From: an uncultured archaeon
Lineage (GTDB): Archaea; Iainarchaeota; Iainarchaeia; Iainarchaeales; Iainarchaeaceae
Reading direction: 5' to 3'
Assembly: GCA_964577555.1 (NCBI GenBank)
Contig: CAZNZM010000002.1
Coordinates: forward strand, 93,012 to 125,011
Length of the DNA: 32,000 nt
Positions 16,236 to 25,348 of the stretch are shown piece by piece; the stretch's first letter is position 1, and each line of letters begins with the position of its first letter. The position numbers were made by a program, and so were the translations under genes. The notes under the pieces were generated by a model. That model worked only from the letters and a program-made list of their open reading frames with translations, did no database searches and was not told the origin of the DNA.

Positions 16236-16308
16236 TATTTTTTGGTAAATTTGGTATTTTAAGTTGCAAGTCTTGACCAAGATTTGTTTTTTTTAGTATT
16301 TGTTTTTT

Positions 16309-17502
16309 TTATGCACCGTGAACTATTTCGATTACATCTCTGTGTTCAAGTATGTGGTCTTTGCCTATTAATTGTTTTGTTTTTACATTTATTGCTTTGA
16401 TGAAGTGGTTTCCAAAGTCTGTGTGTAGCGCAAATGCAAAATCTAGGGCTGTTGCTTCTTTTGGCAGTAAGAAGCAATCTGGCAGGACATTGCCTTTTGA
16501 GTCTGTCAATCCTTTTGTTCCGCCGGGGAATATTGCTTTATAACCTAGTACGCCAAAGACTGCTTTTTCCAGAACTTCCTGTACTCCGGTGGTGCCAAAT
16601 TTTTCCAGGACATTTTTTTTGATGTATTCTATTCCTGTTTTTTGTTTTTCGTTGAGTTCTTTTTTTATTGTAAATTCTTTGTCTCCTGGCGAATATTCTA
16701 TTGCGCCTTCTTTTGATGCTCTTTTTAGTGTAAGTTCCGATATTCCTGAGCAAGGTATTATTATTTTTGTCGGAAATTTTTCTTTTAGTTTTTCAATATT
16801 GGTTTTTGCGGTGGGCAAATCCATTTTGTTTGCTGCTATTATGGTTGATTTTGATATTTCTCTTAATTTTTTGGCGAATTTGAGTTTTTCTTCTTGAGTC
16901 CAATCAGATAGTTTTTTTTCGCCTAATCCTGTTTTATGCATTGCTTCTTCTATGTGTTTTGGCATTGTGCCTATTCCGGAAAGGTTTTGGCTCATCGTGT
17001 TTATTAGTTTTGATTTTGAGTCGATGGGGCTTTTTCCAAATTTTGGCCAGTTTTTTTCAATTATTCCTAAAAACCATAAATCTATTTCTTCTTCAAGGAA
17101 TAGTACGTCGTTGCACGGATCGTATGAACCCATTGGGACGTTTTCCCCTTTTTCGTTTGTGCTTCCGCTTGCATCAACTACGTGTATTAAAATATCTGCT
17201 CTTGACAAGTCTGATAGAAATTGGTTTCCCATTCCTTTTCCTTCGTGTGCTCCTGGCACTAGTCCTGCTACATCAATTAGTTCTACAGGGACATACCTTA
17301 TATGGTTATGGCAAAATCCAGTACGTGGGTTGCATTGTACGTTGAATTCTTTGTCTACACATTCCACTCTGACAAATCCAATTCCTTTATTGGCTTCTAT
17401 GGTTGTGAAAGGGTATGATGCCATTGGCACGTTAAGCATTGTTGCAGCGTTAAAAAATGTGCTTTTGCCAGAACTTGGTTTTCCTACGACACCTATTATC
17501 AT
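16309..17502 (-). CDS. Obg-family P-loop GTPase/ATPase (YchF/OLA1-like) with C-terminal TGS-like domain
   Basis: G1 GVVGKPSSGKSTFFNA, G3 DVAGLVPGAHEG, ANKMD. I use ATG at 17502 (MIIGVVGKP); a TTG at 17523 is possible. Confidence 0.85.
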   Translation of the reverse strand: MIIGVVGKPSSGKSTFFNAATMLNVPMASYPFTTIEANKGIGFVRVECVDKEFNVQCNPRTGFCHNHIRYVPVELIDVAGLVPGAHEGKGMGNQFLSDLSRADILIHVVDASGSTNEKGENVPMGSYDPCNDVLFLEEEIDLWFLGIIEKNWPKFGKSPIDSKSKLINTMSQNLSGIGTMPKHIEEAMHKTGLGEKKLSDWTQEEKLKFAKKLREISKSTIIAANKMDLPTAKTNIEKLKEKFPTKIIIPCSGISELTLKRASKEGAIEYSPGDKEFTIKKELNEKQKTGIEYIKKNVLEKFGTTGVQEVLEKAVFGVLGYKAIFPGGTKGLTDSKGNVLPDCFLLPKEATALDFAFALHTDFGNHFIKAINVKTKQLIGKDHILEHRDVIEIVHGA

Positions 17503-17711
17503 AAAATAAGTTTTTTTTGGCAAAATGTTATAAATTAATTACAATGTTGTTTTTTCTTTGTCTTTGTTTGTAAGTTGCAGAACTAATTTATAATTTGTTA
17601 TAAACCGACTTTAATAATTGAAATCTATTTTATAAAAAACATTGTTTAAAGGCGTTTTTTTGTGCAAATCATTAAATATTGCTTGGTTTTGAATTATTAT
17701 TTGGTTGTTTT

Positions 17712-17921
17712 ATGGGTTTTTTTGGGAATATTTTGGGTTTTGGAAAAGAAAAAAGTAGTGGGGAGAAAAAATTAGAAAGTAGTAAGGTTGAGTTTGAAGG
17801 CAAATATTCTGAAAAGTGCGTTGTTTGTGGCGAGGGTAATACCGAAAAAAAGTGGGCTGGGCAGTATTGGCATAAAAAATGTTTGCGCAAGGGTAAAAAA
17901 ATTGCAAAAGGCATGTTGTGA
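17712..17921 (+). CDS. Small zinc-binding protein (CxxC...HxxC knuckle, Lys-rich tail)
   Basis: CVVCGEGNTEKKWAGQYWHKKC. Short ORF with no family recognised. An alternative TTG start lies at 17679. Confidence 0.45.
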   Translation: MGFFGNILGFGKEKSSGEKKLESSKVEFEGKYSEKCVVCGEGNTEKKWAGQYWHKKCLRKGKKIAKGML

Positions 17922-17929
17922 AGCAAAGA

Positions 17930-18262
17930 TTTTTTTTGTTATTTTCATTTCTGGCTGAAACAAAATTCTTTTTTTTCTTTGGCTATCAAAGTTTTTTTTG
18001 GCTTGTTTTTGCTAGCCGTTTTTTTTAGGCAATTTTTTTTCATGTTTTTTTTGGACATTTTTTTTAATTTTTTTTGGCTAGCCGTTTTTTTAGATTATTT
18101 TTTTTGCTTGGTATTTTTTTTGTTTGAAATTTTGTTTTTTTTTGCGAGCCATTTTTTTTCGTTTTTGTGTTCTTATTTTTTTAGCCATTTATTTTTTTTG
18201 TAAGCCAAATTTTTTTATTTTTGAAATTTAATTTGTTTTTTCTTTGCTGTTTTTTTTATTTT
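17930..18262 (+). repeat. Intergenic T-tract / GCRAGCCR repeat array C
   Basis: Cores GCTAGCCG 18021, GGCTAGCCG 18077, GCGAGCCA 18144, TTAGCCA 18181, GTAAGCCA 18199. Module TGTTTGAAATTTTG-T9-GCGAGCC at 18121-18150. Confidence 0.7.
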
Positions 18263-18264
18263 TT

Positions 18265-18609
18265 TTATATTCTGCCGTATTTGTCCTCAAATCTTTTTAT
18301 ATCGTTTTCATCAAAATGTCCAAAAGATATTTCTAAAAATCTGGCTGTTGACTTTGCCGATATTCTGTGTTTTGCTCCTCGTGGCACTATTATTTTTTGT
18401 CCTTTTTTCAGTTTTGTTTTTTTTCCGTTTATTTCTGCAACCAATCCGTTGTCAAGTGCTATCCATAGTTCTTCTCTTTTTTTGTGTGATTGTAGCGAAA
18501 GTATTCCGCCTTTTTTTACTGTGATAATTTTGATGGTGGTTTTTTGGTTTAAAGTGTATTGTTCGAATTTTCCCCATGGTCTTATTGATGTTATTGTTTT
18601 ATGTTTCAT
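18265..18609 (-). CDS. Cupin-domain protein (type II phosphomannose isomerase-like)
   Basis: 114 aa. RPWGKFEQYT...KIITVKKGGILSLQSHKKREELWIAL..G...ING. Confidence 0.75.
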   Translation of the reverse strand: MKHKTITSIRPWGKFEQYTLNQKTTIKIITVKKGGILSLQSHKKREELWIALDNGLVAEINGKKTKLKKGQKIIVPRGAKHRISAKSTARFLEISFGHFDENDIKRFEDKYGRI

Positions 18610-18678
18610 TTACAAGTAATGATTTATGTGGTATTTATTATTTTTTTTGTTCCAAGCGTTAATAGCAAAAATTAAATA

Positions 18679-19323
18679 ATGTGTTTTCCTTTTTTTTGTG
18701 GTTTTTTTATGATTAGTTATTGGAATATGTTGAAATTTTTTTTTGATCGTTCCGAAGTTGATCGCATTGCTTCTCGCAAATCAAATTTAAAGGATTCTAT
18801 AATGACTTTTGCCAAAGCTTTTTTTCCAATTGCTTTTGTTTTTAATATTCAAATTTCTGTTTTTGTTTTTCTTTATTTGATTTTAACTAATGGTGGCTTT
18901 TTTCAGTCTTTTTTATTGTCTTTGCTTGTTGTTTTTTCTTATTTTATTTTAGCTCCTTTATTTTTTATTTTTCAATTGGTTTTTGCTTTTTTTTGGGGTT
19001 CTATTACTTTTTTTCTTGCTGATTTTATGAAGCATAAAATCGGCAAGTTGGAGGATTTTAATAGCGAGGTTATTTACCTTTTTGCGTGTGTAAACTTTGT
19101 TCAGTGTTTGATGTTTCTTGTGCCTTTAGTTGGTTGGATTTCTGCTTTGTTTTTTCAGTTTTATTCGGTTTCTCTTTATTATAGGCTTGTGGGGTTAAAG
19201 TTTGGTTTAAATGCAGAGCGTGCAGCTATTTTGGTTATGCTGCCTTTGGATATATTGTTGTCTTTTCTTTTAGTGGTTTCTATTATTGGGTTTGTTTTTG
19301 TTATAGGTTATAAGGCGTTGTGA
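18679..19323 (+). CDS. Hypothetical polytopic membrane protein
   Basis: 214 aa with 4-5 hydrophobic helices. No motif recognised. An alternative ATG lies at 18709. Confidence 0.45.
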   Translation: MCFPFFCGFFMISYWNMLKFFFDRSEVDRIASRKSNLKDSIMTFAKAFFPIAFVFNIQISVFVFLYLILTNGGFFQSFLLSLLVVFSYFILAPLFFIFQLVFAFFWGSITFFLADFMKHKIGKLEDFNSEVIYLFACVNFVQCLMFLVPLVGWISALFFQFYSVSLYYRLVGLKFGLNAERAAILVMLPLDILLSFLLVVSIIGFVFVIGYKAL

Positions 19324-19398
19324 TTTTTTTTGTTGCTTGTTTTTTGTGGATTGGTTTTCTGTTAATTATTTTTTTTGTCTTTTGTCGGTTTGTTTTTT

Positions 19399-20262
19399 TT
19401 ATTTTATTATTTTTTTTGTCCAATTTGGTATTTCATTAATAAAATCTGATGCCAGGTAAGAATATCCTTGTTTTTTGCGTAGTTTTTCCCCGATTTTTCC
19501 GTTTATGTATGCTGCTGTGCATGCAGCTTCAAAAGGTTTTGCACCCAATGCTATCAAACCTGTGCAAATCCCTGCAAGTATATCTCCTGTTCCGCCTTTT
19601 GTCATTCCTGGGTCGCCAGTGTAGTTTAAATATGTGTTTTTTGAGTCGCTTATGATATCAATTTTTTCTTTGAGCAGGACAATCATATTTTGTTTTTTTG
19701 CAGCTTGTTCTACTATTTCGCATGTTTTTTTGATGTTTTTTTCTAGAATTTTTTTTCCAGTCATGTCTTCAAATTCTTTTTTGTGTGGTGTGATAAGTGG
19801 TGGTTTTTTGAATTTCATGTTTTTGCAGGCTCTTATTGCGTCGGCATCGATTATTAGTTGTGTTTTGCATTTTTGTGCGAATTTTTTTATGAGTTTTTGT
19901 GTTGTTTTTTCTTTTCCCATTCCATTTCCTATTAGTGTTGAATTTGCATTTTTTGACAGTTTTAATAGTTTGTTTAAGTGTTTTTTTGCCCATTTTTTTC
20001 CAGGTATTTTTTTTACAATTAAGTCTGGAGAGTAGGAGTTTATTATCCACCCTGGTTTTTCAAGTGTTGCAACAATGCATAAATCTATTCCTGTGCGCAT
20101 TGCAGCCATGGCTGACATTGCTGCCAGCCCAGCAGCGCCTACTAATTGTTCTGATCCTCCTATTATTAGCGCTTTTCCGTTTTGTCCTTTGTGTGAATCA
20201 GGGTTTCTTTTGATTTTTGAAAAGTATTTTTTTATTTTTGTCCAAGTCAATTTTTTTTTCAT
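19399..20262 (-). CDS. nnrD: NAD(P)H-hydrate dehydratase (YjeF C-terminal / carbohydrate-kinase fold)
   Basis: HKGQNGKALIIGGSEQLVGAAGLAAMSAMAAMRTGIDL and GDPGMTKGGTGDILAGI. Start lies 5 nt downstream of the gatE stop. Confidence 0.88.
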   Translation of the reverse strand: MKKKLTWTKIKKYFSKIKRNPDSHKGQNGKALIIGGSEQLVGAAGLAAMSAMAAMRTGIDLCIVATLEKPGWIINSYSPDLIVKKIPGKKWAKKHLNKLLKLSKNANSTLIGNGMGKEKTTQKLIKKFAQKCKTQLIIDADAIRACKNMKFKKPPLITPHKKEFEDMTGKKILEKNIKKTCEIVEQAAKKQNMIVLLKEKIDIISDSKNTYLNYTGDPGMTKGGTGDILAGICTGLIALGAKPFEAACTAAYINGKIGEKLRKKQGYSYLASDFINEIPNWTKKIIK

Positions 20263-20267
20263 AAGTA

Positions 20268-22163
20268 TTACTTGAGTGCTTCGTTTATGTGTTTTTTTAG
20301 TATTTCACTTATTTCTTTTCCGCTTATTTTTCCTTTGAGTTGTTTCATTGCGTCTCCCATTAATGGACTTATAGCTCTTTCTTTTTGTTTTTTTATCATT
20401 TCAATATTGTTTTTTACGATTTCTTTTATTGTTTTTTCAGCTTCTTCGTGGCTTGTTTTTCCAGCGAGGTTTTCTAGTAGTATTTCGGTTTTTGTATCTG
20501 GGTTTTTTGCTTTCATTATTGTCAAATCTTTGAGTATTTCTTTGTGTGCTTTTCCTTTTTTGATTAGGTTGATTATTTCTGAGAGTGCGTTCTCGTTTAG
20601 TTCTTCAACTTTTTCTTCTTCTCTTTTTGCTTCGGTTAGTGTTTCAAGCAGGAAAACTGCTGTTTTTTTAGGGTCTGCTCCTTTTTCCACTTCTTTTTCG
20701 AATAATGGTGCAAAATTGCTTAGTTTCATTTCGTTTATGTGTTTTTCATTTAAACCCCATGTTTGGTATAATTTTATTCTCTCTGTTTCGCTTTTTGGCA
20801 TGTTTTCTTTTGCTTCTTCAATCATTTCTTGTGTTATTTCAATGCTTTCAAGGTCTGTTTCTGGGTACATTCTGGCGGCTCCCGGCAGGGGTCTTAGATA
20901 TTCTGTGTTTCCGCCTTCTAGTGCGCCTCTTGTTTCTTCTGGCACACCATCTAAGCATTGTATTGCTCTTTCAACTATTGCTTCTATTGCTGTTTTTGCT
21001 TTTTCTTCTTTTCCTACAACAAATGCAAATGCATCTTCTTTTTTGCATTCGAGTATTTTTGCTATTTCTTCTTTTTCTTTTTGTGTTATTCCGTAATTTG
21101 GCAGTTCGTCGCTGTGGAATATTCCTTTTAGTCCTGATTTTGTTTTGACTCTGTCTGCAAATTCTGTGCCTATCCTTCTGTTTGGTTGTATTTCAATTCC
21201 AAGTATGTTGTTGAATTTTGGGAGTTTTATTCCAATGATTCTTTCTTTATTTACTATTCCGTTTTTTATTATTTTTGATTCGCTTTTTGCAAGTGCTTCT
21301 TCTAAATATTTTGTTTCTGTTTTTATATCTTGTTTTTTGAGCCCTCTTTTTTCCAGTTCTTTTTTTGCTTCTATTAGTTTTGTTTGTCTTTGTGCTTCTC
21401 TTTTTACATATTCGTCGATTATTTCCAAGTCTTGTATGCCCTTTATTTCTACTCTGTTTCCTTCTTTTATTGATACATTTAAGTCTTGTCTTATTGTTCC
21501 AAGTCCTCTTTTTACTTTGCCTGTCAACCTGAATATCGTGCCTATTGCCTTTGCCGTTTCTTTTGCTTCTTCTGGCGTTTCTATTTCAGGTTCTGTTGCA
21601 AGTTCAATTAATGGTATTCCTAATCTGTCCAGTCTGTAATATATTTCTGTTTCGTTTTTTTTTATTGGCCTTGCGGCGTCTTCTTCTAGCACTATTGTTT
21701 GGATTCCTATTGTTTTGTTTTTTAGTTTTATTTCTCCTCCTGTTGCAAGAAGTGTTGTTCTTTGGAATCCTGATGTGTTTGATCCGTCTATTACCATTTT
21801 TCTCATTATAAATGTTTCTTCGATTGGTTGGCTTCCGAACATAATGGCTATTTGGAGTGCTATTTTTAGTGCTTCTTTGTCGATTGGTTGCGGTGGCTCT
21901 TCGTCGATTTCAACTAAGGATATTGTGTCTTTGTATCCTTCGTAAATGTATTTCATTGATTTTTTGAAGGCTTCAATTCCTGCTTTGTCTATTTCTCCTA
22001 ATTCTGATGAAACTATTCTGAGTTTTCTTTTTATTGTGAATTCGGGTTCGTCTTCTCTTAATTTGCTTGGCGTTCTTGAAAACAGTTTTCCTGTGTCTAT
22101 TTGTTGGTGGCATTCCAATCCGCACTTTAACCCTATTTTTTTGAAGTATGAATTATCCTCCAT
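20268..22163 (-). CDS. gatE: Glu-tRNA(Gln) amidotransferase subunit E
   Basis: 631 aa. GLKCGLECHQQI and GatB-like core with the archaeal-specific insertion. Lies in a co-directional run with gatD. Confidence 0.93.
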   Translation of the reverse strand: MEDNSYFKKIGLKCGLECHQQIDTGKLFSRTPSKLREDEPEFTIKRKLRIVSSELGEIDKAGIEAFKKSMKYIYEGYKDTISLVEIDEEPPQPIDKEALKIALQIAIMFGSQPIEETFIMRKMVIDGSNTSGFQRTTLLATGGEIKLKNKTIGIQTIVLEEDAARPIKKNETEIYYRLDRLGIPLIELATEPEIETPEEAKETAKAIGTIFRLTGKVKRGLGTIRQDLNVSIKEGNRVEIKGIQDLEIIDEYVKREAQRQTKLIEAKKELEKRGLKKQDIKTETKYLEEALAKSESKIIKNGIVNKERIIGIKLPKFNNILGIEIQPNRRIGTEFADRVKTKSGLKGIFHSDELPNYGITQKEKEEIAKILECKKEDAFAFVVGKEEKAKTAIEAIVERAIQCLDGVPEETRGALEGGNTEYLRPLPGAARMYPETDLESIEITQEMIEEAKENMPKSETERIKLYQTWGLNEKHINEMKLSNFAPLFEKEVEKGADPKKTAVFLLETLTEAKREEEKVEELNENALSEIINLIKKGKAHKEILKDLTIMKAKNPDTKTEILLENLAGKTSHEEAEKTIKEIVKNNIEMIKKQKERAISPLMGDAMKQLKGKISGKEISEILKKHINEALK

Positions 22164-22205
22164 TTTAAAATAAAAATTGCTTATATGATTTAAAAGTATT
22201 GTTTT

Positions 22206-22472
22206 TTATTTTTGCTTTTGCGGATAAATAAAATAGTTTGGTGTTTTTGAGATTTTTTTTAAAATTGAGTTAAAGTCATAATTTGGCACTCTTAGCCATG
22301 CTCTTTCATGCAAATAGAACAGTATTAGTTTTGTTATAAAGTCAACCAGTCCAAAGCCTATTGCAAGTTCGTGGTTGTTCGTGAATACAAAAAATGTTAG
22401 GCCTGTCACTGCTGATGCCAGTATTCTGAATGTTATTGCTTTCATAAGGCTTCTGGTTCTTGACTCTTTCAT
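22206..22472 (-). CDS. Small membrane protein, DUF2061-like
   Basis: 88 aa. RSLMKAITFRILASAVTGLTFFVFT and YLHERAW pattern. Confidence 0.6.
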   Translation of the reverse strand: MKESRTRSLMKAITFRILASAVTGLTFFVFTNNHELAIGFGLVDFITKLILFYLHERAWLRVPNYDFNSILKKISKTPNYFIYPQKQK

Positions 22473-22576
22473 ATTCTCGCCTGTTTTTATTTAATATTAG
22501 TTGCTTAAATATTTTTCTTTTGTCTTTTCGTAGTTTTTTTGGGCTAAAAATTTGTTTTTTTTATGCTGGTGTTTTT

Positions 22577-23908
22577 TTAGTCGTATCTTGTGAATTCGCT
22601 TATTTCGCCTCTAAGGTTTTTTGTTATAAGTTTTTTGGCTTCGTTTGGCGGATAATTTCCTAATAGCCATGATAGTTTTACGAGTGCTGTTTCTGGTAGC
22701 ATGTCTTCTCCGGAAATTACGCCCAGGTTTGCTATGTCTATTCCTTTGTCGTACACGTGCATTTGTACTCTTCCGTAAACTGTGTTTGTTGTCATTATTG
22801 CTATTCCGCCGTTGTCAATAAACTTTTTGAGTGCGGGGAATATTTTTCGGTGTATTGCAGTGTATTCGTTTGGATCGTGTCCAGGAATATGCCCCAATCC
22901 TGTGCCTTCTATTACGAGTCCTTTGTATTTTTTTTCGTGGAAGAATTCAAATTGTTCCGGAAACATGTTTACATGTGCTTTTAGCAGTCCAACTTTTTCT
23001 TCAAAGTTTGGTTTTATTATCATGTTTTCTTCTGTTCTTTTTGAGTAATTTTTCTTTATGAATTCTATTTTTTTTGTTTCGTAGTCTATGTATGCTATTG
23101 GCGTGTCGTTTATTGGTTTGAATGCATCTCTTCTTGAGGAGTGCAGTTTTTTTGTTTTGCATGCAGGTAGTATTGCGCATTTGTCGTCTGAGCTTGAATT
23201 GTGCATACAGATGGCGACTCCTGCAAAGTCGCTTTGCGCAATGAATTGTGCGGCGCAAATTAGGTTCATTGCAGCATCGGAACTGCCTCTGTCGGAGCTG
23301 CGTTGTGAACCTACAAGGATTATTGGGATTGGGCATTTTTCAATTGCAAAGGATAGCCCTGCTGATGCAACCGCAAGGTTGTCAGTGCCTATTCCTATTA
23401 TGATTCCTTTCACTCCTGTTTCGTATTCTTTTTTTGCTTCTTTTGCTAGTATTTCTATGTGTTTGAATCTTAAATCGTCGGACCACATTTTTGTAATTAG
23501 TTTTGATGTGAAGTTTCCTATTTCCATTAGTTCTGGAAACATTGTGAGAAGGTCTTCTGGTTCGAAGCTTGTTTCGATTCCGCCTGTTCTGTAATCTACC
23601 CGTCCTGCTATTGTGCCTCCTGTGTGTAATATTGCTATTTTTGGAAGTTTTGGGTTTTGTTTTATTTCTTTTTTTTCTGCTTTGGCAGGTTTTTTTATAT
23701 CTTCAAGTTTTTTTATTTCAAGTTTTTCGCTAATTTTGATCCCTATGTTGTATCCTGATTTTAGTTTTAGCCTTATAATGTTTTTTTTGTTTGTTAGAAT
23801 GGGAAGTAAATATCCTGTTAGTTCTTGTTTTCCTTTTTTTATTGAAACTAGTTGCCCTTCTGAAAGGCCGTATTTGTCGTATAATTCTTGTGTTTCCATT
23901 TTTTTCAC
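22577..23908 (-). CDS. gatD: Glu-tRNA(Gln) amidotransferase subunit D (asparaginase-like)
   Basis: 443 aa. ILHTGGTIAG (asparaginase Thr motif), GIGTDNLAVAS and GSQRSSDRGSSDA. Confidence 0.93.
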   Translation of the reverse strand: MKKMETQELYDKYGLSEGQLVSIKKGKQELTGYLLPILTNKKNIIRLKLKSGYNIGIKISEKLEIKKLEDIKKPAKAEKKEIKQNPKLPKIAILHTGGTIAGRVDYRTGGIETSFEPEDLLTMFPELMEIGNFTSKLITKMWSDDLRFKHIEILAKEAKKEYETGVKGIIIGIGTDNLAVASAGLSFAIEKCPIPIILVGSQRSSDRGSSDAAMNLICAAQFIAQSDFAGVAICMHNSSSDDKCAILPACKTKKLHSSRRDAFKPINDTPIAYIDYETKKIEFIKKNYSKRTEENMIIKPNFEEKVGLLKAHVNMFPEQFEFFHEKKYKGLVIEGTGLGHIPGHDPNEYTAIHRKIFPALKKFIDNGGIAIMTTNTVYGRVQMHVYDKGIDIANLGVISGEDMLPETALVKLSWLLGNYPPNEAKKLITKNLRGEISEFTRYD

Positions 23909-24212
23909 GCAACATTTTTTGAGCTTATTTTTTCAAAATAATTTTTTTTTTAACATTTTTTTTATTTCTTCTAATATAGGTGTTGTTTTTATTTTGTCTG
24001 GGTTTTGGCTTGTTTTTGTTTTATGTGTTTGTTGCAGGTTTTTGCCATTTTTGCAATTTTTTACTGTTGTTGTTGGTTCGTTTTTTTCATGATTGAATTT
24101 TTTGTCAATGTTTTCTTCGCTTATTTTTTTATATGCCTCTTTAATTGGCGTTTTTGGTTTTTTGTTTTTCATTCATTGATTTGATGTAAAGGTTGTTTTT
24201 TATTAATTTCTG

Positions 24213-25151
24213 ATGCATTTAAAATTAGTGGTTTTTTTGTCTGGTGTTAGTTTTGCTGAACATTTGAGGAAAGAAAAAGTTGATTCTCATATTGCTACTA
24301 TTTTGCTTAAAATTGCTGAAAAATCAAAGCTTGTTAAATCTGCTTTTTTGACTCATATGGGTGTTTCTTCAACCAAGAATATTTTTGGCGAGGAACAATT
24401 GGAGCTTGATAAATTTGCTGATATGACTTTTATGAAGGCCATGGAAAAGTCAAGGCTTGTTCGCACTATTGCTTCCGAAGAGCAGGACAATATTGTTGAA
24501 ATAAAAAAAGCCAAGGGTTCTTATGGAGTGACTTTGGATCCTTTGGATGGGAGTTCTTTGGTTAAGACTAATCTTGCTGTTGGAACTATTGTTGGTGTTT
24601 TTAATGAGGGAAATGTGATGGAGAAAGGCTCCAAAATGGATGCTGCAATGTATATAATTTATGGCCCTCTCACTTCTTTGGTATATACTGCCAAAAATGG
24701 AGTGCACGAGTTCATAATGAATGGCAGGGGGGTTTTTGAATTGAGAAGAGAATCATTGTCTATTCCTGATGGAAAAATTTATTCTCCTGGCGGTTTGCGG
24801 AATGATTGGTTTCCGGAACATTTAAAATTTATTTCAGAACTTGAAAATCAGGGTTATAAATTGAGGTTTTCTGGGGGATTTGTTCCTGATATTCAACAGA
24901 TACTTTCTTATGGCGGGGTTTTTACTTATCCTGCTTTAAAATCTTCGCCTAATGGTAAGCTTCGTTTGGTTTTTGAAGCTAATCCAATGGCTTTGATTGT
25001 TGAACAGGCTGGTGGATTAGGGTCTAACGGGTCAGAATCTTTGCATAACGTTAAGCCTGTGTCTCTTGCCCAGCGCACTCCGATATATCTTGGCGGGAAA
25101 AATGAAGTTGGGTTGGCTAATAAATGCATTTCAACAAAAGCTGTTGATTAA
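24213..25151 (+). CDS. fbp: Fructose-1,6-bisphosphatase, class I
   Basis: 312 aa. GEEQLELDKFAD, ASEE, LDPLDGSSLV and VGTIVGVF. A GTG at 24228 is an alternative start. Confidence 0.88.
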   Translation: MHLKLVVFLSGVSFAEHLRKEKVDSHIATILLKIAEKSKLVKSAFLTHMGVSSTKNIFGEEQLELDKFADMTFMKAMEKSRLVRTIASEEQDNIVEIKKAKGSYGVTLDPLDGSSLVKTNLAVGTIVGVFNEGNVMEKGSKMDAAMYIIYGPLTSLVYTAKNGVHEFIMNGRGVFELRRESLSIPDGKIYSPGGLRNDWFPEHLKFISELENQGYKLRFSGGFVPDIQQILSYGGVFTYPALKSSPNGKLRLVFEANPMALIVEQAGGLGSNGSESLHNVKPVSLAQRTPIYLGGKNEVGLANKCISTKAVD

Positions 25152-25301
25152 ATTTTCAAATTTGTTTTTTCAATTAATTTATTTTGGTTTTTTTTTGGTC
25201 GCTTTTTTCAGCGGATTTTTTTTCTTTTTCGTTTTTTTTGTCTTTATTTTGGTTAGCAAGTTTTTTTTAGAATTTATTTTCATTTTTGTTGTGGCTTTGA
25301 G

Positions 25302-25323
25302 TTTTTTTGGCGACCAAAAAAAA
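25302..25323. terminator. Inverted repeat TTTTTTTGG-CGA-CCAAAAAAAA between convergent fbp and the aldolase gene
   Basis: 9-bp stem with a 3-nt loop. Supplies an oligo-T run to both strands, about 26-33 nt past the minus-strand stop at 25349. Confidence 0.45.
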
Positions 25324-25348
25324 TTTTATTTTTTGGAGAGATATTTTT

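Noticed and set aside
18221-18619. 132-aa + strand ORF overlapping the cupin gene
   Set aside because: The minus-strand cupin has clear family motifs. The + ORF begins in repeat array C and is F/S/C-rich.
20272-21096. Long + strand ORFs antisense to minus-strand genes (274 aa opposite gatE; also 16952-17509, 23088-23594, 29656-30135 and 21145-21639).
   Set aside because: The opposite strand carries strongly recognisable genes. The antisense frames are S/F/L-rich and stay open only because A-rich codons lack antisense stops.
23933-24172. 79-aa K/N/T-rich ORF upstream of gatD
   Set aside because: It is a low-complexity product of the A-rich minus strand in a T-rich divergent promoter region, with no motif. 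It remains possible but is unsupported.
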